The translations under genes were made by a program, and so were the position numbers. The notes beneath the pieces are model-generated. The model worked only from the letters and a program-made list of their open reading frames with translations. It was not told where the DNA came from and searched no databases. Shown piece by piece: positions 1-8,636 of a DNA stretch of 32,000 nt. Position 1 is the first letter of the stretch; every line of letters starts with the position of its first letter. Origin of the DNA: Pseudomonas aeruginosa (GTDB taxonomy: Bacteria > Pseudomonadota > Gammaproteobacteria > Pseudomonadales > Pseudomonadaceae); NCBI RefSeq assembly GCF_001457615.1, contig NZ_LN831024.1, forward strand, positions 4,260,001-4,292,000, in the 5' to 3' direction.

Positions 1-2388
1 CACACCCACAGCATCCGCACCTATTCGGTCCAGGGCGCGCTCGGCGACATCCCGGCGCTGGCCGAGGCGTTCGGCCTGCGCGTCAGCCTGGGCATCTGGC
101 TCGGCCCGGACCTGGCCGGCAACGAGGCCGAGATCGCCCGCGCCATCCGCATCGCCAACGAGTCGCCGAGCGTGGTGCGAGTGATAGTCGGCAACGAGGC
201 GCTGTTCCGCCGCGAGGTGACGGCGGAACAGTTGATCGCCTACCTCGACCGGGTCCGCGCGGCGGTCAAGGTTCCGGTGACCACCGCCGAACAGTGGCAC
301 GTCTACCGCGAACACCCGGAACTGGCGCAACACGTCGACCTGATCGCCGCCCACGTCCTGCCCTACTGGGAGGCTACGCCGGTGGCCGACGCGGTGGACT
401 TCGTGCTCGAACGCGCGCGCGAACTCAAGGCCGCCTTCCCGAGGAAGCCGCTGCTGCTCGCCGAGGTCGGCTGGCCGAGCAACGGGCGCATGCGCGGCAG
501 CGCCGAGGCGACACCCGCGGACCAGGCCATCTACCTGCGGCGCCTGACCAACGCGCTCAACGGCGAAGGCTACAGCTACTTCGTCATCGAAGCCTTCGAC
601 CAGCCCTGGAAGGTCAGCGCCGAAGGCTCGGTGGGCGCCTACTGGGGCGTCTACAACGCCGACCGCAAGGCCAAGTTCAACTTCACCGGGCCGGTGGTGC
701 CGATTCCCAAGTGGCGCGCCCTGGCCATCGCCTCGGCGGTACTCGCGGTACTCGCCTTCACCCTGCTGCTGATCGACAGTTCCTCGCTGCGCCAGCGCGG
801 GAGGACCTTCCTCGCCGTGGTCTCGTTCGCCTGCGCCTCGGTGCTGGTGTGGATCGCCTACGACTACAGCCAGCAGTACAGCACCTGGTTCAGCCTGACC
901 GTCGGCGCGTTGCTGGGCGTCGGCGCGCTGGGGGTGGTCATCGTGCTGTTCACCGAGGCCCACGAGCTGGCCGAGGCGGTCTGGACGCGCAAGCGGCGCC
1001 GCCCATTCCTGCCGATCACCGCCGCGCAGGCCTATCGGCCCAAGGTGTCGATCCACGTGCCCTGCTACAACGAGCCGCCGGAACTGCTGAAGCAGACCCT
1101 CGACGCCCTTGCCCGCCTCGACTACCCGGACTACGAAGTCCTGGTGATCGACAACAACACCCGCGACCCGGCCGTCTGGCAGCCGGTCGAGGCGCACTGC
1201 GCGCGCCTGGGCGAGCGCTTCCGCTTCTTCCACGTCGCCCCGCTGGAAGGCTTCAAGGCCGGCGCGCTGAACTTCGCCCTGGGCCACGTGGCGGCGGACG
1301 TCGAGGTGGTCGCGGTGATCGACGCCGACTACTGCGTCGACCCCGACTGGCTCAGGCACATGGTGCCGCACTTCGGCGACCCGCGGATCGCCGTGGTGCA
1401 GTCGCCGCAGGACTACCGCGACCAGCACGAGAGCGCCTTCAAGCGGCTCTGCTACGCCGAGTACAAGGGCTTCTTCCACATCGGCATGGTCACCCGCAAC
1501 GACCGCGACGCGATCATCGAGCACGGCACCATGACCATGATCCGGCGCAGCGTGCTGGACGAGCTGAGATGGCCGGAATGGTGCATCACCGAGGACGCCG
1601 AGCTGGGCCTGCGGGTGTTCGAGAAGGGCCTGTCGGCCGCCTACTTCGAGCGCAGCTACGGCAAGGGGGTGATGCCCGATACCTTCATCGACTTCAAGAA
1701 GCAGCGCTTCCGCTGGGCCTACGGCGCGATCCAGATCATGAAGCGGCATACCGACGCCCTGCTGCGCGGCCGCGGTCCCGACGGCAGCCGCCTGACCCGC
1801 GGCCAGCGCTACCACTTCGTGGCCGGCTGGCTGCCGTGGATCGCCGACGGCCTGAACATCTTCTTCACCCTCGGCGCGCTGCTCTGGTCGGCGGCGATGA
1901 TCATCGTGCCCAAGCGCGTCGACCCGCCGCTGCTGATCTTCGCGATCCTGCCGCTGGCCCTGTTCGTCTTCAAGGTCGGCAAGATCCTCTTCCTCTACCG
2001 GCGCACCGTCGGCGTCGACCTGCGCGACTCGTTCTTCGCCGCCCTCGCCGGCCTGTCGCTCTCGCACACCATTGCCAAGGCGGTGCTGTACGGCTTCGTC
2101 ACCCGCGGCATCCCGTTCTTCCGCACGCCGAAGATGCGCTCCAGCCACGGCCTGCTGGTGGCCCTGGCGGAGGCCCGCGAGGAAGTCTTCGTGATGCTCC
2201 TGCTGTGGGGCGCGGCGGCCGGCATCGTGGCGGTTCAGGGCGTGCCGAGCCGCGACCTGCTGATCTGGGTCGCCATGCTCCTGGTGCAATCGCTGCCCTA
2301 CCTGGCGGCGCTGGTCATGGCCCTGCTCTCGTCGCTGCCGAAACCGCGCGAGGAACTGGCCGGCGGCGCCGAGCGGATCGGCGGTTGA
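1..2388 (+). CDS. ndvB: Glucan biosynthesis glycosyltransferase (GH17-like N-terminal part plus membrane GT2 domain), partial at 5' end
   Basis: Frame 1 is open from base 1 (THSIRTYSVQGALGDIPAL...). GT2 motifs present: SIHVPCYNEPPELLKQTLDAL, VVAVIDADYCVDPDW, TEDAELGLRVFEKG, QRFRWAYGAIQI; several TM segments. Confidence 0.8.
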   Translation, partial: HTHSIRTYSVQGALGDIPALAEAFGLRVSLGIWLGPDLAGNEAEIARAIRIANESPSVVRVIVGNEALFRREVTAEQLIAYLDRVRAAVKVPVTTAEQWHVYREHPELAQHVDLIAAHVLPYWEATPVADAVDFVLERARELKAAFPRKPLLLAEVGWPSNGRMRGSAEATPADQAIYLRRLTNALNGEGYSYFVIEAFDQPWKVSAEGSVGAYWGVYNADRKAKFNFTGPVVPIPKWRALAIASAVLAVLAFTLLLIDSSSLRQRGRTFLAVVSFACASVLVWIAYDYSQQYSTWFSLTVGALLGVGALGVVIVLFTEAHELAEAVWTRKRRRPFLPITAAQAYRPKVSIHVPCYNEPPELLKQTLDALARLDYPDYEVLVIDNNTRDPAVWQPVEAHCARLGERFRFFHVAPLEGFKAGALNFALGHVAADVEVVAVIDADYCVDPDWLRHMVPHFGDPRIAVVQSPQDYRDQHESAFKRLCYAEYKGFFHIGMVTRNDRDAIIEHGTMTMIRRSVLDELRWPEWCITEDAELGLRVFEKGLSAAYFERSYGKGVMPDTFIDFKKQRFRWAYGAIQIMKRHTDALLRGRGPDGSRLTRGQRYHFVAGWLPWIADGLNIFFTLGALLWSAAMIIVPKRVDPPLLIFAILPLALFVFKVGKILFLYRRTVGVDLRDSFFAALAGLSLSHTIAKAVLYGFVTRGIPFFRTPKMRSSHGLLVALAEAREEVFVMLLLWGAAAGIVAVQGVPSRDLLIWVAMLLVQSLPYLAALVMALLSSLPKPREELAGGAERIGG

Positions 2389-2502
2389 GGTCGAGCGAGG
2401 CGTCGGGACAGCCGGCTCCGCTCGCCTAAACGGCGTCCCTTCGCCCGCGTTTATGCTTTAAGATTCCCCCTTTCCGCTCGACCCGCTCAGGATGCACTCC
2501 CC

Positions 2503-3654
2503 ATGACCGCCTCTTCGCCGAGTCTCTCGCCGACCCTCGAACTCGCCTGCGAGTTGATCCGCCGCCCCTCCGTCACGCCGCTCGACGCCGACTGCCAGGC
2601 CCTGATGATGCGCCGCCTGGAAGCCGCCGGCTTCGCCCTGGAGCCGATGCGCATCGAGGAGGTGGACAACTTCTGGGCACGGCGCGGCGGCGACGGCCCG
2701 GTGCTGTGCTTCGCCGGGCACACCGACGTGGTCCCCACCGGCCCGCTGCAGGCCTGGCAGCACCAACCCTTCGACGCCCTGATCGACGACCAGGGCATGC
2801 TCTGCGGGCGCGGCGCGGCGGACATGAAAGGCAGCCTGGCGTCGATGATCGTCGCCGTCGAGCGCTTCGTCGCCGACCACCCGGAGCACAAGGGTGCCAT
2901 CGCCTTCCTCATCACCAGCGACGAGGAAGGCCCGGCCCACCACGGCACCAAGGCGGTGGTCGAGCGCCTCGCCGCACGCGGCGAGCGCCTGGACTGGTGC
3001 ATCGTCGGCGAACCGTCGAGCACCAGCCTGGTCGGCGACGTGGTGAAGAACGGCCGCCGCGGCTCCCTCGGCGCCAAGCTGACCATCCGCGGCGTACAGG
3101 GCCATGTGGCCTACCCGCACCTGGCGAAGAACCCGATCCACCTGGCCGCCCCGGCGCTGGCCGAACTGGCGGCGGAACACTGGGACGACGGCAATGCCTT
3201 CTTCCCGCCGACCAGCTTCCAGGTTTCCAACCTGAACTCCGGCACCGGCGCCACCAACGTCATCCCCGGCGAACTGACCGCGCTGTTCAACTTCCGCTTC
3301 TCCACCGAATCCACCGTCGAAGGCCTGCAGAAACGCGTCGAGGCGATCCTCGACAAGCACGGCCTGGACTGGCACGTCGAATGGGCGCTGTCCGGCCTGC
3401 CGTTCCTCACCGAGCCGGGCGAACTGCTCGATGCGGTGGCCGCCAGCATCAGGGCGGTCACCGGCCGCGAGACCCAGCCCTCGACCAGCGGCGGCACCTC
3501 CGACGGACGCTTCATCGCCACCATGGGCACCCAGGTGGTCGAACTCGGCCCGGTCAACGCCACCATCCACCAGGTCAACGAGCGGGTCCTGGCCAGCGAC
3601 CTGGAGCTGCTCACCGAAATCTACTACCAGACCCTGGTGAGGCTGCTCGCCTGA
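2503..3654 (+). CDS. dapE: Succinyl-diaminopimelate desuccinylase
   Basis: 383-aa ORF with M20 peptidase motifs [35 protein letters not shown] and the ...[13 protein letters not shown]-terminal region. Confidence 0.95.
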
Positions 3655-4457
3655 TGCTGATCTGCCCGCTCTGCTCCGCCGCCCTGGGCGAGGTCGACAA
3701 CGGCGTCGCCTGCCCCGCCGGGCACCGCTTCGACCGCGCCCGCCAGGGCTACCTGAACCTGCTGCCGGTGCAGCACAAGAAAAGCCTCGATCCGGGCGAC
3801 AACGCCGCCATGGTCGAGGCCCGTCGCCAGTTCCTCGGCGCCGGCCACTACGCGCCGCTGGCCCGGCGCCTGGCCGAACTGGCCGCCGAACGCGCGCCGC
3901 GACGCTGGCTGGATATCGGTTGCGGCGAGGGCTACTACAGCGCCCGGCTCGGCGAAGCCCTGGCAGGCGCCGAAGGCTATGCCCTGGACATCTCCCGCGA
4001 GGCAGTGAAACGCGCCTGCCGCCGCGCGCCGCAGTTGTCCTGGCTGGTGGCGAGCATGGCCCGGCTGCCGCTGGCCGACGCCAGTTGCGAGCTGATCGCC
4101 AGCGTGTTCAGCCCCATCGACTGGAACGAAGCCGTGCGCGTCCTCGCCCCCGGCGGCGGCGTACTGCGCCTGGGCCCGGCCAGCGCGCACCTGCTGGAAC
4201 TGCGCCAGCGGCTCTATGACGACGTGCGCGACTACGCCGACGACAAGCACCTCGCCGGCCTGCCCGCGCAACTGCGCCTGCGCCACACCGAGACCCTCGA
4301 GTTCCGCCTGGCGCTGGACAGCTACGACGCGCGGGAAAACCTCCTGGCCATGACCCCGCACGGCTGGCGGGTCAACCCCGAGCGCCGCGCGCGAATCCTG
4401 GCCGAACCCTTCGAAGTCAGCGTGGCGGTGCGCTACGATTGGCTGCAACGCGACTGA
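3654..4457 (+). CDS. rlmA: 23S rRNA (guanine-N1)-methyltransferase RlmA/RrmA-like
   Basis: Zinc-finger-like CPLCSAALG...GVACPAGHRFDRARQGYLNLL followed by SAM motif WLDIGCGEGYYS. The ATG overlaps the dapE stop (ATGA). Confidence 0.85.
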   Translation: MLICPLCSAALGEVDNGVACPAGHRFDRARQGYLNLLPVQHKKSLDPGDNAAMVEARRQFLGAGHYAPLARRLAELAAERAPRRWLDIGCGEGYYSARLGEALAGAEGYALDISREAVKRACRRAPQLSWLVASMARLPLADASCELIASVFSPIDWNEAVRVLAPGGGVLRLGPASAHLLELRQRLYDDVRDYADDKHLAGLPAQLRLRHTETLEFRLALDSYDARENLLAMTPHGWRVNPERRARILAEPFEVSVAVRYDWLQRD

Positions 4458-4474
4458 CCGTCCCCGAGGACCCC

Positions 4475-4858
4475 ATGCGCCAACCGGATATCGAGATCTA
4501 CCTGAAAGACGCCGAGCACGCGGCCGTCGCCGCCTGGCTGGAACAGGCGCTGGGACCCTGCGGCCCATGGCAGGAGCACGGCCAGACCCTCAAGTGCACC
4601 GCCCGCGGCGAGCACGGCGCGGTGCGCGTCACCTGGCTGCCGAAGGCGGTGGGCAAGTGGCACAGCCTGTTCTTGGAGAGCGACAGCACGCCCTGGGACG
4701 ACGACCTCGCCTGCGCCAGGGCCGCGCATGCCGCGCTCGGCGTGGAGATCCGCTGCGCGCCGGGCGGCTGGGAGGAAAACCAGGGCGAAGAGGACGCCGA
4801 CCGCTGGCTGCGGGTCGACGCCGGGGGCGTCGAGGAAATTACCTGGCGCACCGCCTGA
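4475..4858 (+). CDS. Conserved hypothetical protein (127 aa)
   Basis: ORF starting MRQPDIEIYLKDAEHAAVAAWLEQALG, 17 nt after the rlmA stop, with purine-rich AGGA upstream. Confidence 0.65.
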   Translation: MRQPDIEIYLKDAEHAAVAAWLEQALGPCGPWQEHGQTLKCTARGEHGAVRVTWLPKAVGKWHSLFLESDSTPWDDDLACARAAHAALGVEIRCAPGGWEENQGEEDADRWLRVDAGGVEEITWRTA

Positions 4859-4926
4859 ACGACGAAAACCCCGCGCTGCGAGGGGCCGCCCAACGGGGGC
4901 CTGGCGGGGTGGATGCGCTGGATGAC

Positions 4927-4951
4927 AAAAGCCCGTCTTGCGACGGGCTTT
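4927..4951. terminator. Rho-independent terminator, likely bidirectional
   Basis: Inverted repeat AAAGCCCGTC-TTGC-GACGGGCTTTT followed by T residues, between convergent genes. Confidence 0.8.
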
Positions 4952-4963
4952 TGCTTGCGGGAA

Positions 4964-5173
4964 TCAGACCTTGGAGACGTCTTCCGCTTGCAGGCCTTTC
5001 TGGCCCTGGATCACCGAGAATTCCACTTTCTGGCCTTCCACCAGGGAGCGGTGACCCTCGCCGCGGATGGCGCGGTAGTGAACGAACACGTCCGGACCGC
5101 TATCGCGTTGAATGAATCCATAACCTTTGGCGTCATTGAACCACTTGACGGTTCCGACCTCACGATCAGCCAT
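4964..5173 (-). CDS. CspA-family cold shock protein (69 aa)
   Basis: [36 protein letters not shown]...: RNP1 KGYGFI and RNP2-like VFVHY motifs. Confidence 0.92.
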   Translation of the reverse strand: MADREVGTVKWFNDAKGYGFIQRDSGPDVFVHYRAIRGEGHRSLVEGQKVEFSVIQGQKGLQAEDVSKV

Positions 5174-5492
5174 TACCACACTCTCCAACTTGCAATTTTT
5201 TATAAGTGGCCTTCCCAATCCGGGAAGACTTCGACGGTTCGGCTGCGCAACGCTGTTCTTGTTATCCGACCCCGGCAAAATGCCGTTGGAGCGGGCATTT
5301 CGAATGGCGTTCCACTAGCCACCGCGTCCCGGAGTATAAACAAACGAGTCCAACTGAAAAGGACTTTTTTAGCCCCTGGCGGAATACCCGCCACGCCCGG
5401 CGGGACTGGCCTTTCGATATGTTTTCGCTACGCCTGGAATACGTCTGCGCAAGCACTTGCAGATAGCTAGCCGCCATATTTCCGTCGGCTTT

Positions 5493-7109
5493 TCAGCGGT
5501 CGCGCAGACCCGCCTTGCGCGGCCAGGCCAGGGTGAAGCAGGCACCGCCCAGAGTCTCGCTGCGGCCGATGGAGGCCCGGCCGCCATGCCAGTAGACGAT
5601 CCGCCGGACGATGGACAGTCCCAGGCCATGCCCGCCGGAAGCACGGGTCCGGCTGTCGTCCAGGCGTAGGAATGGCGTAAAGAGCCGCTCCCATTGCGCC
5701 TCCGGCACCCCCGGCCCGTCGTCCTCGACATCCACCCGGCAACGCTCCAGGCTGACCCGGTAGCTGATCCTGACCCGACGATCGGCATGCCGCAGCGCAT
5801 TGGTCAGCAGGTTCTGCAAGGCCCGATGCAGGTAGCGCGGCTCGGCCTCGATCCAACTGCCCAGCTCCTCAGGCACCAGCGCGCCCTCCTCGCAACTGAC
5901 CAGCACCTCGCGGCGCAGCGGGGCGATCTCCTCCACCACCTGGCGCACCAGCACGCCCAGCTCCAGGCGCTGGTAGGTCAGCGGCGGCGAGCCCTGTTCC
6001 AGGCGCGCGTAGGTGAGCATCTCGTCGACCAGCTTGTCGAGGTCCTGGATATCGTTGTCCATGCCCTCCAGGTACTTCAGGCGGGCGCCGTCGGTCTCGG
6101 CGGTCTCGATCATCTCCAGGCCGAAGCACAACCGCGCCACCGGCGTGCGCAGCTCGTGGGACACCGCGCGAACCATCTCGCGCTGCACCGTCAGCAGCCG
6201 GTGGATGTGCTCGGCCATATGGTTGAAGGCCGCGCCCAGGCGTCCCACCGAGTCGCCTCCGCGCACCTCGACGCGAGTATCCAGGCTGCCGCGGGCGATC
6301 CGCGTGGCGGCCGCCTCCAGGCTGCGCAGGCGCTGCTCCAGGCGACGCACCAGCAGGTAGGTGATCAGGCCGATGAAGCTCAGGCACAGCGCGCCGAGCA
6401 GCAACAGCAGCTGCGGCGGATAGGGGTTCATCTGGAACAGCGGGCCCAGCTCCAGCACCCAGGGCGTGTCGAGGATGCCGGCGAAGATGCGGATCGAGTC
6501 GCCGTCCTTGCCCAGCGCCATCACCGTGTCGCCCTCCACCACCCGCCGGCGCTGGTCGTCGTCGAGGTCCAGTTCCTTGACCTGGAGCAGGTGCACCGGG
6601 AAGCCGAAGCGCTTGTCGCGGACGATCCGCGCCAGGTGGTAAGGCTGTTCGCTGGCCGGGTAGCGCACCAGTTCGTCCATCAGCAGGTAAACCGTGGCCC
6701 GCGCCAGTTGCTCGCTGACCTGCTGCACCTCGCCGCTGAGCACCAGGTTCTCGGCGGCGCTGGCCTGGGTATAGACGGTGACGGCGTGCTCGGCGGTCTG
6801 CTTCACCAGCACCTGGCCGTTCATCAGGCGCGCGCGGCTGCGTCCGTCCATCCGCAGCTCATCCAGCCCGCGCAGTTGCAGGGGAATCCCCAGCAAGCGG
6901 CTCCACTGCGCCAGGGCGCGCTTGCGCTCGGTGGCGGTCATCGGTTGCAGGTTGTCGGCCATCAGGCGGAAGGTGCCGCGCGCCAGCTCCTCGCGGTAGT
7001 GCTCGCCGCGCACCTCGTTGATCCAGTGCAGGCCGAGCAGGCCCAGGCCGCTGACCAGCAGCAGGGCCAGGAGCATGCCGCCATAGATGCGCAGGAAGAT
7101 GGATTTCAT
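5493..7109 (-). CDS. Two-component sensor histidine kinase (RstB-like)
   Basis: MKSIFLRIYGGMLLALLL... with TM segments, HAMP region, H-box VSHELRTPVARL, N-box LLTNALRHA, G boxes DDGPGVP and GGHGLGLSIV. Confidence 0.9.
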   Translation of the reverse strand: MKSIFLRIYGGMLLALLLVSGLGLLGLHWINEVRGEHYREELARGTFRLMADNLQPMTATERKRALAQWSRLLGIPLQLRGLDELRMDGRSRARLMNGQVLVKQTAEHAVTVYTQASAAENLVLSGEVQQVSEQLARATVYLLMDELVRYPASEQPYHLARIVRDKRFGFPVHLLQVKELDLDDDQRRRVVEGDTVMALGKDGDSIRIFAGILDTPWVLELGPLFQMNPYPPQLLLLLGALCLSFIGLITYLLVRRLEQRLRSLEAAATRIARGSLDTRVEVRGGDSVGRLGAAFNHMAEHIHRLLTVQREMVRAVSHELRTPVARLCFGLEMIETAETDGARLKYLEGMDNDIQDLDKLVDEMLTYARLEQGSPPLTYQRLELGVLVRQVVEEIAPLRREVLVSCEEGALVPEELGSWIEAEPRYLHRALQNLLTNALRHADRRVRISYRVSLERCRVDVEDDGPGVPEAQWERLFTPFLRLDDSRTRASGGHGLGLSIVRRIVYWHGGRASIGRSETLGGACFTLAWPRKAGLRDR

Positions 7110-7192
7110 CGGCGAGCCCCCGGCCGCTGTCCGCTGCTGTTGATTCTGGCCGACCGGGACGCCCGCGCCCCGGCCCGCAGGAAAAAAGCGCC

Positions 7193-7903
7193 TCAGCCCT
7201 CGCCGACGAACAGGTAGCCCTTGCTGCGCACGGTCTTGATCAGCCGCGGGTGCATCGGGTCGTCGCCGATCTTCGGGCGGATCCGCGAGATGCGCACGTC
7301 GATGGAGCGGTCCTGGCCGTCGTACTCGATGCCGCGCAGGGCGTTGAAGATCTCCTCGCGGGAGAGAATCCGCCCGGCGTTCGCCGCCAGCAGCCAGAGC
7401 AGGTCGAACTCGGCGCTGGTCAGCTCGATGGTGGTCCCGTCCAGCCAGGCCTCGCGCATCGCGTTGTCGATCACCAGGCGACCGAACGCCAGGCGTTTGC
7501 TGTCCGCCGCCGGGGCGCCCGCTTCCGGCGCCTCGCTGCGCCGCAACAGGGCACGGATGCGCGCCAGCAGCACACGCGGGCGCACCGGCTTGCACACGTA
7601 GTCGTCGGCGCCCATCTCCAGGCCGAGCACCTCGTCCATGTCGTCGGTGCGCGCGGTGAGCATCAGGATCGGACCGTCGAATTGCGGACGCACCTGGCGG
7701 CAGATGGACAGGCCGTCCTCGCCCGGCAGCATCAGGTCGAGCACCACCAGGTCCGGGCGTTCGGCGAGGATACGCGCCGCCGCCAGTGCGCCGTTGGCTT
7801 CGATGTCGACCTTCAGGCCGTTGCCTTCCAGGTATTCCCGGGTCAGCTCGGCCAGGCGTCGATCGTCCTCGACGATCAGGATGCGCCAGGCTTCTTGCTC
7901 CAC
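7193..7903 (-). CDS. OmpR/RstA-like response regulator
   Basis: ILIVEDDRRLAELTREYL receiver, LVVLDLMLPGEDG phospho-acceptor site, C-terminal winged helix VDVRISRIRPKIGDDP-like (IDVRISRIRPKIGDDPMHPRLIKTVRSKGYLF). Confidence 0.93.
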   Translation of the reverse strand: MEQEAWRILIVEDDRRLAELTREYLEGNGLKVDIEANGALAAARILAERPDLVVLDLMLPGEDGLSICRQVRPQFDGPILMLTARTDDMDEVLGLEMGADDYVCKPVRPRVLLARIRALLRRSEAPEAGAPAADSKRLAFGRLVIDNAMREAWLDGTTIELTSAEFDLLWLLAANAGRILSREEIFNALRGIEYDGQDRSIDVRISRIRPKIGDDPMHPRLIKTVRSKGYLFVGEG

Positions 7904-8160
7904 ACAGCCTCCTCGTATCGCGGTCCCGGAGCCGCCGTGCGGCCCCCCTCAGAGCGGCCCGCATTGTAGCCAATACGGGGGCCGCGCGGCAGCACGCGAG
8001 GAACATCTTGCAAACACTACATATTGTGGGTAGGGTGCGCGCCCCGAAAGGTTGGGGAGTAGGTCTGCGCCGGTGCTTTCCGAGGGCGACGAATGGCATT
8101 CTCCAGCGCTGCCGCGGCCTACGGACGCTTCCTAGGACTCACGCACAGAAGACCCACACT

Positions 8161-8169
8161 TTATCCACA
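8161..8169. promoter_or_regulatory. DnaA box upstream of nrdA
   Basis: Perfect TTATCCACA at 8161-8169, about 470 bp upstream of the nrdA ATG. Confidence 0.5.
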
Positions 8170-8206
8170 GGTTTCCCCCAGACTGTCACCTTGCAAACAC
8201 CCCATT

Positions 8207-8254
8207 AGCGCATTATCTTGTATCCCCATCGTCGCCACCCCCTATATCTTGGGT
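8207..8254 (+). promoter_or_regulatory. Candidate paired NrdR boxes upstream of nrdAB
   Basis: AGCGCATTATCTTGTA (8207-8222) and CCCCCTATATCTTGGG (8238-8253) share TATCTT with exactly 31-bp spacing. Both resemble the imperfect acaCwAtATaTwGtgt consensus. Confidence 0.45.
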
Positions 8255-8636
8255 TTCGAGCGCACGAACGGCTACAACGGAACCAACCGCGCACGGACCA
8301 CTCTGATGGCTCCGGCGGCTCCGCAAAAAAGCATTTTCCAGACGTACTGAAAGCATCGACGGCGCTCACCGCAAGGAGCCCTTCATGACGTTGGAAAAGC
8401 GGTACGGGTGTTGCAACGGACGCTGTAAACAGACAGTCAACACCACTAGGTATTGTGTTCGACGGCAAAACGCCACGAACCCGCCAGGGCCAGGGAGGCA
8501 CTCACAGTCCCCACCCTCAGCATTCGAATGAAGCAGCCGCCGCGAGGCCGGCTGCCCGGCTCTTTATCGATTCAAGGGAATGGGCGCCCCGGCGCCCGCT
8601 AGCAAAACCATTACGAGAACGTGGAGATACCCACCC

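Noticed and set aside
5493-8099. 868-aa minus-strand ORF
   Set aside because: Only the part from 7109 down is the sensor kinase. The upstream part is an out-of-frame shadow of the response regulator gene in a high-GC genome.
8161-8169. DnaA box as evidence of a replication origin
   Set aside because: Single perfect box without dnaA/dnaN context; more consistent with nrdAB regulation.
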